A DNA stretch of 62,167 nt, counting the filler, from Hausera hauseri (Eukaryota), in NCBI GenBank assembly GCA_046269625.1. It is 12 parts of 12 records of this genome, joined end to end, with 100 filler letters (N's around TTAATTAATTAA, not from the genome) between each part and the next. Parts side by side here need not be neighbours in the genome. Positions count along the whole stretch, not along the records: positions 35,044 to 39,077 come from JBJURY010805421.1; positions 39,178 to 43,553 come from JBJURY010610443.1; positions 43,654 to 48,311 come from JBJURY010486909.1; positions 48,412 to 58,004 come from JBJURY010334381.1; 8 more parts are not named here. One strand, 5' to 3'. The notes below the pieces were generated by a model. It saw only the letters and a program-made list of their open reading frames with translations. It made no database searches and was not told where the DNA came from. Every line of letters starts with the position of its first letter. Positions within the stretch are counted from its first letter, which is position 1. Below are positions 36,730-49,563 of the stretch, in pieces. A program made the position numbers and the translations under genes.

Positions 36730-38150
36730 TTAATTTGGATCTGGGAAGTCGCGTCGATGCTTCTCTACAACATGAATTAAGTACTGTTTCTGATCTACCT
36801 GATTAGAAATGACTGTACTGAATGACTGAAGCTATGACAAACGTCAAACCAACAAGGGTTTCACTAAAATGTTAAAGATGCCGCATGAAGACTTTTTGCT
36901 GCACTGGCAATAAATTGGTTAACTCTTTTATAGTCTATTAGTTTCTTTAACAACTGGAACAGAAACAGAAGATGGACAAGTAAACCAGGCTTTCAGATAT
37001 ACATTGACAACAAACAGGCTAAACTGATGAAGTCCGGACAGTTCTCTGACTGTTAGATAGAATTAAGAACGTAAATTAATTTGTCCATCCATATGGCTCG
37101 GTGATAAGAACCTGGTGTGGGAACGTTTTCTATACAGCTTTTGCTGTAGCAAAACACATGCACCTGATTTGTTCCTATTGGTTTTTGGTGTAGTGTCAAA
37201 TGACATACACCGTACTCAGTCAGCTACGTTCCAGTTCATTAGCACATTATAAACTACTTCTGCCTGCGCTTTACCCGAACCACTTACCAGTTGTGGAACG
37301 GCCAGTAACTTCATTATGCCTGGTCCAGACAAAATCACGGTTAGTCTTTCAACAGTGTCATGCCCACCGAGAAATGGTAATAGTTTACCATCCCAGTGTA
37401 GTTAGTATTGTATCTAGTGCAAAACTACTCTTTATCTCCATGGCAATTTTTGATGGTGCTTTCTGCGAGCGTTTCTAGTTGACTTTTTGTTCAGTATTAT
37501 TTCCTGAAGATCGTGGCCTTGTGGCTTTGCTGCAGCAGCCAAAATATATGTGGCATTTCTATCACCGACTTTTGTTCGATCAAGGGCTGAAGACAGCTCC
37601 TGTGTATTGATGTTTAGATGAGATCGTTTCTTGACAGGTATGTCACAGTTAGAACTTGCTACTCCAATTGTTGATGAGTAAGAAACTTCTGCAATGGTAT
37701 TTTCATCATCACTCCTGTCGCATTCACTAACCTCTTCAACTGCTACTGAAACCTCTTAACCTACATTGCTCGACTAACAAGTTCCGTTGTAGACAATTCT
37801 GTTCTTTCTTAATCAATTTAGCGTCAACTAGTCTCATACAGCCCCTTCCTCCTTTTTATTTGTGCTCCCAGGAATTGTCTGTCTTCGTCAATTTTTATAA
37901 TGGCTCTAACGTCTCTGAAAATGCAGTTTCATTGACCTTTTGTGTTGCAGTTTTTCATGATGATTTTTTTTCAGTGCTTCCATTTTCCATGCAGGCTTTT
38001 ATTTTTAGAATGATGTTGTAGTTCTGACGGCTTAATATTCTTGCTCTGGCCCAAAACTCTAGACGTTCACGGATTGTTGCTATATCATTGTCTTGTATCG
38101 ACACGTTATCATTCAGATGAAAATCAAAGAATGGTGCTATCACTTGGAGG
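36730..38150 (-). mobile_element. DDE transposase remnant, hAT-related (hATm-like, HWDGK / FDTT family)
   Basis: LHWDGKLLP, KLLAVPQLVSGSGKAQAE, MSFDTT..NKSGACVLL, PGSYHRAIWMDKLIY, VVEKHRRDFP. Superfamily label is tentative and the 5' boundary uncertain. Confidence 0.7.
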
Positions 38151-38266
38151 TTAGAGAGTAGCTTGCTGCTGGTGATGGAACTAGTTGTACCACCAATTAA
38201 CCAAATACCACAATCTTTACTATTATGACCTTGTGATTATGTCATTCTATAAATATATACTGAATT

Positions 38267-38990
38267 TCAATAAATTTGCGTATTGTCATGTATCAATGCA
38301 TATTGGACTTCCGAACCTAATTTTCCTGACAGCTCATCAAAGAAAATTTGATAAGCTTCATATTTGAGTCTCCCAAGTTTGATATTAAAATGAATTGGAC
38401 CCTGTTTGGACATTGCCAAAACGACCATAATATGTTTACCACGGTTGTTAGGCACAATGGAGTTGGCTCTAGTTCCCTTTTTTGACCGTGCTTTGCCCAT
38501 TCTTGTCCAAAGGTTAAATCAAACCTCATCGATATAAATGCAATTGCGTTCCTTCCAATTTTCCGTGAGGTATCATTTCAAATATTCACATCTTGCTGTC
38601 CTCCTCCTATCTGAATTTTTCTCTTGAACAGCAAATCTAACCGTTTTAATTGTGATAAATTTTCATTTCAAAAATCTTGACAGTGTTGCTTTAGAACATT
38701 TTACATAACAAGATTGTTTCATGGAATTTACCATTTCATTCAGTGTTGCTTTGGGGAATATTTCTATATAATCCAAAAATTTTTCTCCTGAACTTTCATA
38801 AATTTTTTCTTTCTTGAAACCACCTTGTTTTCCAATAGACAATATACCAGTTTTTTATATTTAAAAATAATGTATCTGGTAGTCCATTCTGGAACATCCA
38901 ATTGTCTGCTCAATAACGCAGTAATCTCTGCATTGTTGTAGGCTCTAATAAGCCTTTCTTTATCCGATTTAAAAAATTCTGTTACTAACT
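38267..38990 (-). mobile_element. IS630/Tc1-type transposase remnant
   Basis: HTH-like N-terminus, PKATLNEM, YIDEV*FNLW, RGKHIMVVLAMS, IHDN; truncated after the second Asp. Confidence 0.8.
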
Positions 38991-39177
38991 TTAATAGACA
39001 AGATTAAATACAGATAAATTACATCTTTCTCGTCTTCTTCTGAACCATTACGTACCGTTTCGGGACTAACAGGCTCANNNNNNNNNNNNNNNNNNNNNNN
39101 NNNNNNNNNNNNNNNNNNNNNTTAATTAATTAANNNNNNNNNNNNNNNNNNNNNNNNNNNNNNNNNNNNNNNNNNNN

Positions 39178-41930
39178 ACTGGCATTGGCCGAACAGTCTT
39201 AGTCGAGTTCAAATTAGCATTCATGATGGATTCTCAAACTGGAAAGGAAATATAGTTACTACGACAACCGATACCAAAATGGTACCCACCTCCAAAATTA
39301 CTCAAAAAGTAAGTTGAAGAGCAAATACAAGCCATGCTGGAAAAGGCAATATTAAACCTAGTCAATCTCCATGGCCGTCGCCTATAGTTATGGCAAAGAA
39401 AGCCAATACCACGAAACACCGTTTATGTGTAAATTACGTTACAATGAACAAACATTTGGCAAATCATGCTTATTTAATACCACGAATAAGAGATATTATT
39501 GATGAGTTGAAAGGATGTAAATATTTCACCACATTGGATCTGCAGAGTGAATTTTGGCAGATTCCAGTAGCCGAAAAGGATAGTTGGAAGACTGCATCCA
39601 AAACACATGCAAGCGTTTATCAATTTACACGCATGCCATTCGGATTAAAAAACGGCACCTACATTTTTCCAGGAATTTATCAGATTAGTTTTGAAAGGTG
39701 TACGTGGACTATCGTACATAGACGATATTTTAATTGCGTCAAAAACATGGTCGGCACATTTAGTAGAATTGCAAAAAGTGTTTGATCGGATCAGAACGGC
39801 GAAACTAAAATTGAATCCAAAAAATGTGAATGGTGTAAAACAGAAGTCAGATACCTTGGATTTGTTGTCTCCAATCAAGGTATATCTACCAGTCCGGATT
39901 TAATATCCAAAATCTTGGAATATTANNNNNNNNNNTCTTACTACCAGTGTGCATGAGATGAGAGCCTGGTTAGGATTAGAAGGATTCTATGCTACGTTTA
40001 TTGACAATTTTGCGAAAATAAATCAACCTCAATATAAATTACTTACAAAAGATCAAAAGTGGTAATGGACGGAAGAAAACCAAAAAGCATTTAACGAAAT
40101 AAAAAGACGGTTAGTATCAGCACCCATATTACGATATCCAGATTTTTCGCTTCTATTTGTCTTGGAAACCGATGCCAGCATGAAAGCTTTTAGTTATATT
40201 TTGGCACAACAGTGTCCAGAAGAGACAACTGAACATGTAATTTCATATGAAGGACGACATTTAAATAATGCTGAAAGGAAATATTCTACCACGGAATTAG
40301 AATTATTAGCAATACGCGACGGATTGAGACATTATGAATATTACGTCTATGGCCATAAAATTATAATATTTACGGATCACAAAGCACTACTCTCTTTGTC
40401 TTCAGACAATAGACGTGTATCAAGTCGACTCCAAAGATGGAAGTTAGAGCTTTTGAATTATGATATTGAGGATCTATATCGACCAGATAAAGAAAATGGA
40501 AACGCAGACGCGATCTCTAGATTGTCATATGAAAATATTGTCGCTGCGGTTTATAAACCACAAGACAGAGAAGAAGATAAACAGTTAAATAAGAAAATTA
40601 TTAATGACATGCTACAAGAACAGCGACAAACTCAGGTTCAAAATATTGCAAATCTACAAAATCAAGATCCATTTATTGTCCAAGTCAAAACCTTGGTAAA
40701 TGGACATACGGACGGTCAAGTATCAAGTTCTATTCAGAAATTGTACGGGCAACATAAGGAACAATTAGACATTGAAAACGGAATACTAAAACTTAAAGTT
40801 GGCAAAAGAAAGTTAATTATTGTACCCAATTCGGCAATCAAAGCAGTTATTCTTCAGGAACATGACTCCCATTTAACGGGTCACCCGTCGTTAAACAAAA
40901 CATTGAAACGCGTCGCCACAAAATATGATTGGCCTCAAATAAATAAACATATTGAAGGATAGATACGTTCTTGTAAAATGTGCGCTACCCGTAAGGATAG
41001 AGGATTCCGAGCAAAGCCTTTTTAGGAAGTCTTCCCGAAGCACGGCAGCCTATGGAAGTGTGTTCGATGGACATATCTGAACCATTTCGAGCATCTGAGT
41101 CAGGATATAAATACATTTTATCACTTGTTGATTACTATTCAAGATATGTTGTTCTAATACCTTTGAAAAATATGACTAGCCATACTGTAGCTGAAGCATT
41201 CTTTTATGATGTTGCGGCCGTATTAGGCACACCAAAACAATTATTGACTGACAGCGTACCTTACTTTATTAGGAATTCTTCGAAAAGTTATCAAAGATAT
41301 TCCAGTGTAAACACTTGCTGACAACATCCTACCACCCTCAATGCAATGGTATTGTGGAACGAAGGAACCGAACCATTCAAGGTATCCTATCAACAAAAGT
41401 TGCACATGACCAGAAAGACTGGCAGTTACGTCTTAAAACTACGGCCTTTGCCATTAATACTACACCAACAAAACGTACTAACCTTTTGCCATTTGGGTTA
41501 ATTTTTGGCGGGTTACCGCTTCTACTATTGGATACAGAATTGTTATCATCCTTGCTGAAAACAAGTGACCACATGGATGAACAATACCAAAGTTTGTTAC
41601 AGACTTAAATATTTTCAACATGAAGCCAAAGAATTCGAGAAAAGTATAAAGCTGGTTACAAGAAACGTTTTAACAAGAAAGCTCGTCCACATAAGTATAA
41701 AATTGGCGATTATGTTATGATACATTACCCCGCCGTTAAGAAAGGATAATCAATAAAATTAACGCATACCAGACAAGGACAGTACAAAGTGGTAGACGTC
41801 CGTCCTCAAACGCTTTTTATAAAAAAAGGACCAGACAAATACGAAGCAGTGTCCGTACAACGCGTAACTAGAGTACCAGCCTCTTATAATGAATTTATAC
41901 GACAAACAGATTTAGACTATTCGACAACTG
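39178..41930 (+). pseudogene. pol: Ty3/Gypsy pol (RT, RNase H, integrase), decayed
   Basis: RLCVNY, LDLQSEFWQI, MPFGL, YIDD; ETDAS, ELELLAI, TDHKAL, NADAISR; HDSHLTGH..C..C, VDYYSRY, YHPQCNGIVER; C-terminal GDYV..GQYKV domain. Confidence 0.95.
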
Positions 41931-43553
41931 TAGAACGAAAAGTAGCTGTTTTGACTTACAAACCAACTAATCTAAAATTATCTGGTTATCAAATTCACCC
42001 TATATCGAATAGATACTTCAGCATGATTCTACTTATCCTATTGACGTTTTTCTCAATTTCCTCAGCTGCTACAAGCAACAACACTGCAATAAATTTAGCC
42101 AATTTAGAATTAGTGCGACGCACTACCATTACTCATGTCGACAAATGTACACCTAGCATTTGTATCCAAACACATTTATCAGTATTTTCACAACACGCAG
42201 TGAACTTTATATTCACCTTATCAAAGCATATATCGACTATCTGTATCATTCCAGAAAATCAAACCCAAACTTGTTGTCAATTGCGATATAATACTTCTTA
42301 CACCTATTCCGTGCTATTAAAAAGCCTTACTCACAATAGATACATCACTAAACGGAACTTCAATATTAATATTCATGTTCCTACTTACAGCGTCATGAAA
42401 ATGCTGGATAAATCAGATACATTTAATTTTGACAAGTTTTCGGCAGAATTCATACAGAGTAATATTGAAATATTAGATGTAGATCCATATCTTCCGTGTA
42501 TCACTTTTCAAACCATACAGCTATTGCCTCTCGGATATGAAATCAATATATGGTACGATAATTATCCTCACAATGTACCTCAACCACATTTCTGTCATAT
42601 TAATGGCGGACATCCTCGGGTATGTTGTTCCCTCTATACCGATACATGGTACACAATCCGTTATGACATGTACTTTGCACTTCAAGGCAAACCTAGCAAC
42701 CTAATTTACACTTATCGACTGCCAATTTTTATCTTTGTCACGCGTGAACAACTTAAGTCACGTATGGTAACGAGTACAACTACTACAACCAGCGCTATTA
42801 CAATTATTACTACATCACCTACTACGGTAGTCATCCCTAAGGGTAGGGGATGTGATGTTGACAAATTAAAAGGAAATGAGGCTGACGCTGATCATCACAC
42901 TGATCATCACAAATTAAAAGTGGAATTACAGCCGAAAACAAACAAATATATATTTCACGGAAAAATTATGAAGGATTTTTCAAAGAAAGTCAGACAAAGA
43001 TCTTACACAAACCGAATTGAGATTATTCTCCCACAGGACATAAAAGAAGAAAACATACTGATAACCTACACTAGTATGTATGGAAAAGTTAGAATCAAAT
43101 ACAACAGAAATAGAATGACTTTTTGCGCAGAATTAATTCCTGATACAAATTACTTAGTGTTAATGAAAACGCAGAATAATACAAAACTTTTGGCAATAAA
43201 AACGTTACCTGTAGCAGACAGATATCAACACATAAGACATAATAAAGAGGACAAGAAATTGAGAACAATAACAACAACTATTATAACTACCGAAACTTAT
43301 TTCGAGAAATATTGGTGGATTTTCTTTGTGATCATTAGTATTAGTGCAATAATATTAATAACAATTGTAATCTGGGAAAGGACAAAATGCAAAAAGAGAA
43401 AGAAATACAAATCACAATACTTGGTAATCCGAAGTAATAGAGCTTACGCTACGATTAAACCGTATTCAGCCCTTAATGAGAGAACAAACGAAATAGATAG
43501 AGAAAATAATGAATTACGAGACATTGCAGGTACAGTACCAATAACATCAGACG
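41789..43553 (+). CDS. Intact type I membrane protein in the env position of a Gypsy element (signal peptide, 3 FN3-like repeats, Thr-rich stalks, TM, Tyr-motif tail); 3' end cut by the contig
   Basis: Open for ~588 codons, in frame with the integrase C-terminal domain. Signal-like MILLILLTFFSISSA at 42023; TM WWIFFVIISISAIILITIVIW at 43313-43375 followed by KCKKRKKYK. Confidence 0.8.
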
Positions 43554-43653
43554 NNNNNNNNNNNNNNNNNNNNNNNNNNNNNNNNNNNNNNNNNNNNTTA
43601 ATTAATTAANNNNNNNNNNNNNNNNNNNNNNNNNNNNNNNNNNNNNNNNNNNN

Positions 43654-43990
43654 ATCTGTGAGAGACATGTGACCAGTTTGAAACTTCCTTTTCCACTTCA
43701 CAACAGTGTGATATGATTGACTATCATCATCATAAACAGCCTTCATTTTATCATGAATTTGATGGGAACTGTTACCTTTCAACTGGAGGAACTTGATGCC
43801 ACTGCATGCTTCAATTTTGTCCATCAGGCGGGTTATTGACAACTACCAGTTTATAAAACAAAAAAGTTGACATAAGCAGTTGTAATTTAAAACATGAACA
43901 TAGAAGTCAATGAGTGTGCACGTAAGTTTGTAACTGATTAGATCAATTGCTTTATAGTGATAATTAAAACTATGATACCCCTACGTACAT
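43654..43990 (-). mobile_element. Mariner left end and transposase N-terminal HTH
   Basis: MDKIEACSGIKFLQLKGNSSHQIHDKMKAVY...TVVKWKRKFQTG.MSLTD; possible TIR start TACGTAGGGG near 43987. Confidence 0.85.
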
Positions 43991-46069
43991 ACATCAACTT
44001 TTTGTCCCGTTTAAGCTTAACCGAATTTACGTCATTTTTACAACAAATTTTGCGAATTTTTAAAATGTCAACCACATGTTGCAAAATATGTCATGTGAGT
44101 AATTGCTTATATTTTTGTGTAATTTCAATTTTGTCATAATTCTCCTTTTACCTATAACCTTTTATTACCATATATGTAATTGCATCATACTTACTTCATT
44201 GCATAATTCAATAAAAATAATTAAAATATTACATATAAATTTTGTTACTAAAAATGACAATGGGTGTACAATGGATGACTCAGAATTATTATGATATGTT
44301 TTGGCATTGCCATCTATTCGTTCCTCATCGACAAGTAGTGTTTTCGTTAAGTTCTTGTAATATATTTTAAATTGATCGGATGATTCTTAGTTTCCAAGTT
44401 TGTATTCGGAAATTAACACTGTATCATTTTTGGCACTTTAGATTTTGAAGTCATCTGGACAAATTAATCATTTCAATAATGAGTTAGAGAAATAGAAGTA
44501 TCATTCCTATTCCATTGTAATTAGAAAACTGCAGTTAAATCTAATCCCAGAATTATGGTTTTGTCGTACAACGAAATCTGCGTAGAATGCCGAATATGTC
44601 AAACATGACACCATTTTTGTAATTGTAACAATCGTCTTTGGATAGAAGTTTCTTCAGATACGTTCTTAATGTCTGTGTCCTTTCTGACCCATTCTGTCCT
44701 CTGACATCAAAACTATAATACGAAAGTTAAATTTAATACGTTCACTCTCAATATGATACATAGGAGTGAAAATATCGTTGTCCAATGAATAACGTGTGAT
44801 TCATGAACAGTGAATTTGGTAAATACAGTTTTCTAATAAAAGGAATTTTTAAATTCATCTTCAAAATAATCAGTTTGTCTACATACTCTCAGGGAAATGA
44901 TGGAACAGGGTTGCAGGGCGTGTCTCAATCATTATTGAAAAGAGAAAAATTATAGGCTACCCGCCATGCTGCCCACATAACCCTGTGTCAAACTGTCATA
45001 CAAAATTATTGTTGTTAATCTGATGGCGTGTAGCATTTGATTACAATTGAAGTTTTGCGTCAATAAAGTTCACGAGGCATTGACCGTTTGAAGATATGGA
45101 TATGACATGTACTAAGAGAGTCCCCCAACATGAATGTTTCATGAATGTTAACAAAATTTCGCTTGTTGCTGACGTAAAGACATGACTTTGTCTCATCATA
45201 CTACATACGGTCCATTCTTTACCAGCAATGTCTGATATTCGAAGTAAAGAATCCGAACAATTCAAGGACATATCGACGGTAATAACAATAATGTTCTGGT
45301 CAATACGTTTTCCATGATAAATTGACGAAGAAAGATTTATAGTCAACTTACAGGTGACATTTCTGTTGGTTTGGAATTTTGATTCGGGGTTTCTTTGTGA
45401 TTTCTGTTTCAGTTAGAATATCCTCATTCTCAATAACTGTAGCATCAGCAATTGTGGGTTTATTTTCGTTTGAATCTTCAAGTACTTCAAGAACTGACGA
45501 TTTAGATATGTCTGAGTAGCTTGAAAGAGGATTAACATTTGTAGTTTTGTGATTGATAAACGGTGTCTGAAATTTCTGTCGAACGGATTAAATTGTTTTG
45601 GTAGTCCTTCGACGGATTTATTCCATGTTTTGAATAGTCTTTTGCCAGAGGAACATCCGGTTTCACCATTGCTCGTATTAACTTCCATGCTGGAACAGGT
45701 TCAGGCGTCTTAGGTCTTTCTACTGGACAATCTCTATAAAAATGTAACAACACTGGATGTGAGAACGTTTGCATGATACCAATTTGTCTAAAAGTCTCAC
45801 TATTGTCAGCCATTTTTGAAGCTGGCGAGAAATTCAGTTTATCGTGATTGGACCCACAGTAAGCAAAAACCAAAACTTCGGGTTTGTTGTATGTTAATGC
45901 TTCAGGAGAAATACCGGATTTTCCTCTTTTCCGGCACCAACTCAAATGACTGGTCGAGATAAAAGATTTTCTTCTTGAATGAATGGCTGATAAAATATCT
46001 CACATTCAGATAGACTTTGAAAGTGATATTTCCTTTGGCATACCAAAGTGTGTGTTGACAAACCTTACA

Positions 46070-48311
46070 ATTGTTTCTCCGAGAGCGAACAATGGGCCTT
46101 ACTAAGGGTCCGACGCGGCGGCAACGGATGTCCGGCCGTGCCAACCAAATAGGCCAAAGGGCACCGGTCGCCGCCGGCAACACAATCACCCAGAACCGAA
46201 ATATTGATATATGCTTAGATACATCAAGATGATGATCAGCCTGTATATTTTGAGCCGAAGGAATCGCTTAATTCGAACATCGTAATCAGTAATGTTTTAA
46301 CGAGAGTATCAACAGGGCGCGTACCAATCAGGATAGCGAATAATGCACCCACTCCGATCAAACTATATGCCAATACCACTTTGGGACACACGCACAGAGT
46401 ATCGGCAGTCACCATCGAAGAGAAACCTTATAAATGTACTGAATTTCCAACCCACGTTGAAACTAAATTTTCACCAAAATCATACTGTCGATTTTACGAA
46501 TTACTTTGTCAATATAGTTCGGTCATTGCTAAAGACGAAGAAGAAACTGGCCGAGCTAAAGCCTTAAAACTCGCGATCCAACTTAAGAAAAAGCCTGGAT
46601 CCAACGGTGAAATAGATTTAGAAGATCAAAAGATGCAGAAATGGTACCGCCTTCATACTCGTTAAGACCAGAGATAACCAAGGAGGTTGAACGAATGCTA
46701 AAGGCCGACATAATCAGACCAAGCTATAGATCTTGGTATTTACCTATCCTCATGGTTAAGAAGAAAGGTACCACTAAGCACTGATTTTGCATCGACTATC
46801 GAGCGTTAAATACGCTTATGATGAAAGACTCCTTCCCATTACCATTGGTAAAGGAAGCTCTGGATAGACTTTCTGGAGCTAAATGGTTCACCACAATTGA
46901 TTTACAATCTGTATATTGGCAAGTAGAGATAGAGTAAGAAGATCGTTACAAAACCGCGTTTAAGACACACGACGAATTTAATGTTATGCCATTTGGAATA
47001 ACTACCGGACCAGTCATCTTTACCCGTATCATGAACAAGATGCTAATGGGACTAGAACACGCGTTCGCTTACCTAGATTACATCATGATTGCGTAAAAAA
47101 GGGAAGAGGGTCACTTAAAGGATATTGAGGGTACACTCATGAGATTGGAGCAAGCTGGATTGAAACTAAATTCTAAGAAATGCAAATGGGCTCAAAATGA
47201 AGTATCTTATTTTGGAAATATAGTCGGAGAAGGAGAATCAAAGCCGGATAAATCATTACTAAATAAAATATCGGAGTGCATGGAACCCCAGAATCAAAGG
47301 GAATTAAGATACTGGTTGGGGTTATGTGGGTATTATGCAACCTGTGTTAGACAATTCAAAGATAAACTTACCTTTGTACCGCTTGCTTAAAAAAGGGATC
47401 AAATGACAATGGACCGACATGGAACAGAAAGCCTTCGATGAAATGAAGAAAATTCTAACTAGTGAACCCGTTTTAAGATATCCTGACTTCAACCTGCCGT
47501 TTATAATCAAAACAGACGCCAGTATGGAAGGCATTGGGTATGACTTAGCTCAGAAACGAGAAGACGAGCAGCTAGAACACCGATCGCATATGGGGGACGT
47601 TCTCTAAAGAAAGCCGAGAACTATTCTGTAATGGAATTGGAAACGTTAGCGGTTGAGGACGCCCTGCGACATTTTATCGTGTACGTCTATGGACAAAAGA
47701 TCGTAATGGTTACTGATCATAAGGCAGTTACGACTTTGAAGGGTAGAGGAAATAATCCGACCTGTAGACTCAACAGATGGATCGAGGAGATCTCACGTTA
47801 TAATACGGAATTCCGATACAAGCCCGGAAATGAACATGTCGACGCCGATGCATTGTCGAGACTTAAAACTAAAACAAGCGCAGTTACGGTAATGAGGAAA
47901 GCCTACCTCGAAGACTTAATAGAGAGGCAACGGATTTTTACACTGGATAGGGCATTGAAGATTTCTGTCGAATAGAGAAAAGACAAAGTTATACAACAAA
48001 TTATCGAGTTCGTTGATACCAGCAAAACACCAAAGGGTCATCAGTTACGGAAACACCTACGATGACATGGTCACAAATACAGCGTCATAGGAGATTTGAA
48101 CCACGAAAATGTGTTGTACTACGAACGAAAGGGACGAAAATTAGTCGTCACACCAAAAGGGTTACGTGCGTAGGTTCTAAAGGTCGAACACGACTCACAC
48201 CTAGCCGGACACATGTCGTGGAATAAGACATTGAAAAGAATATTAAATAAATATTATTGGCCGAGCATTTACATCGATGTGAGAAATTGGGTGAATGCTT
48301 GTGAAGTATGC
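46070..48311 (+). pseudogene. pol: Ty3/Gypsy pol (RT, RNase H, start of integrase), related to 39178-41930
   Basis: [64 protein letters not shown]. Confidence 0.93.
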
Positions 48312-48892
48312 NNNNNNNNNNNNNNNNNNNNNNNNNNNNNNNNNNNNNNNNNNNNTTAATTAATTAANNNNNNNNNNNNNNNNNNNNNNNNNNNNNNNNN
48401 NNNNNNNNNNNAGGCCATCAATTAAAATTGTAAATCCGATATCAATAAAAAAGTCGAAATCCGCATACTGTATTTAATATTAAAACAACCATAATTTATT
48501 TATTTTTTAATTCCACATATAGTTCAATTGGGTGAATGTGGGCACCACAATATCATTGTCATTTCGTACCGCTTTCACGAATGGCAGACATTCGTCAAAT
48601 AAAAGGGTATTATTGTAAACTTTTTTCGACTTTAATTAGATCATCAAGTGACTTGATAAATGGCCGGATACTTTTGTTTTCCGAAACGATGATTTTCCAC
48701 ATTTCAAGAATCACATTTTTGGAATAAACCAAATTTGTTTTTTAATGAGTCATGACTAAAAATGTCTCAGAAAAGATGGAGAACTCTTTCTACGGGTTGC
48801 AATTATTGTTAAAGGAATTATAGCGAATATTAACATTTTGAACTTTCTGACACCAACCTGAATCCGGTTACAACGTTAAAACGGAGCAGCTA

Positions 48893-49291
48893 TGGTAAAT
48901 CCAAAATAAAAAACGACTGATGAACAACGCTTTATTATTTCAACAAAAAAAAATCTATTTCAAAGATCGATTTAATTCTTTCATTTTTTACAGTTTTTTA
49001 TATACACACTTATATACACATCAAATTTATACACGTCAAATCCCAGAAGTAAGAAATGATGTAACAATTTTGGGTTTTTCTAAATTATTCTGCAGGCTAG
49101 AAGGGAAAATCCTAGAAGCGTAGAATGACGTAAAAATTTTAGGTTTGGAATGAACTGCACGGCATGTATCTACCGAATGAATGATCAGTTTTGAGCTCTG
49201 ATTTGTCAAATCATGAACTGTTAATTCCTCGTGAGCTGCTGATCTGAACTACCCCATTTACACAATTCATGCCCGCAACCGTGGCACAACA
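48893..49291 (-). repeat. Putative 3' LTR
   Basis: On the minus strand a short purine tract GGGGGTAA is followed by TGTTGTGCC..., TATATAAAA, AATAAA and a ...TTACCA end. Blocks are homologous to 56030-56371. Confidence 0.7.
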
Positions 49292-49563
49292 TTACCCCCG
49301 TGGCACAAGAGAAACTATGTAAAGGTAAGAAGGGCGGGATAGTGAAGATGAAAACAATGAAATAACAAAGGAAAAATGTTTAGTGCCTATTCGGTTTCGG
49401 TATGTGTCAAGCGTTGTGTACCATCAAAGAACTTTTCATTGCTGTAGGTGCTAAATGTCACTCTACGTGCCTTACATGATTGGTTTGTGCTTGGTTGTTG
49501 TTGTGTAACGTTTTGTGATGGAAATTTAGTGAGATTACTTAACTCAGTTTTCGGTGTTGTTTG

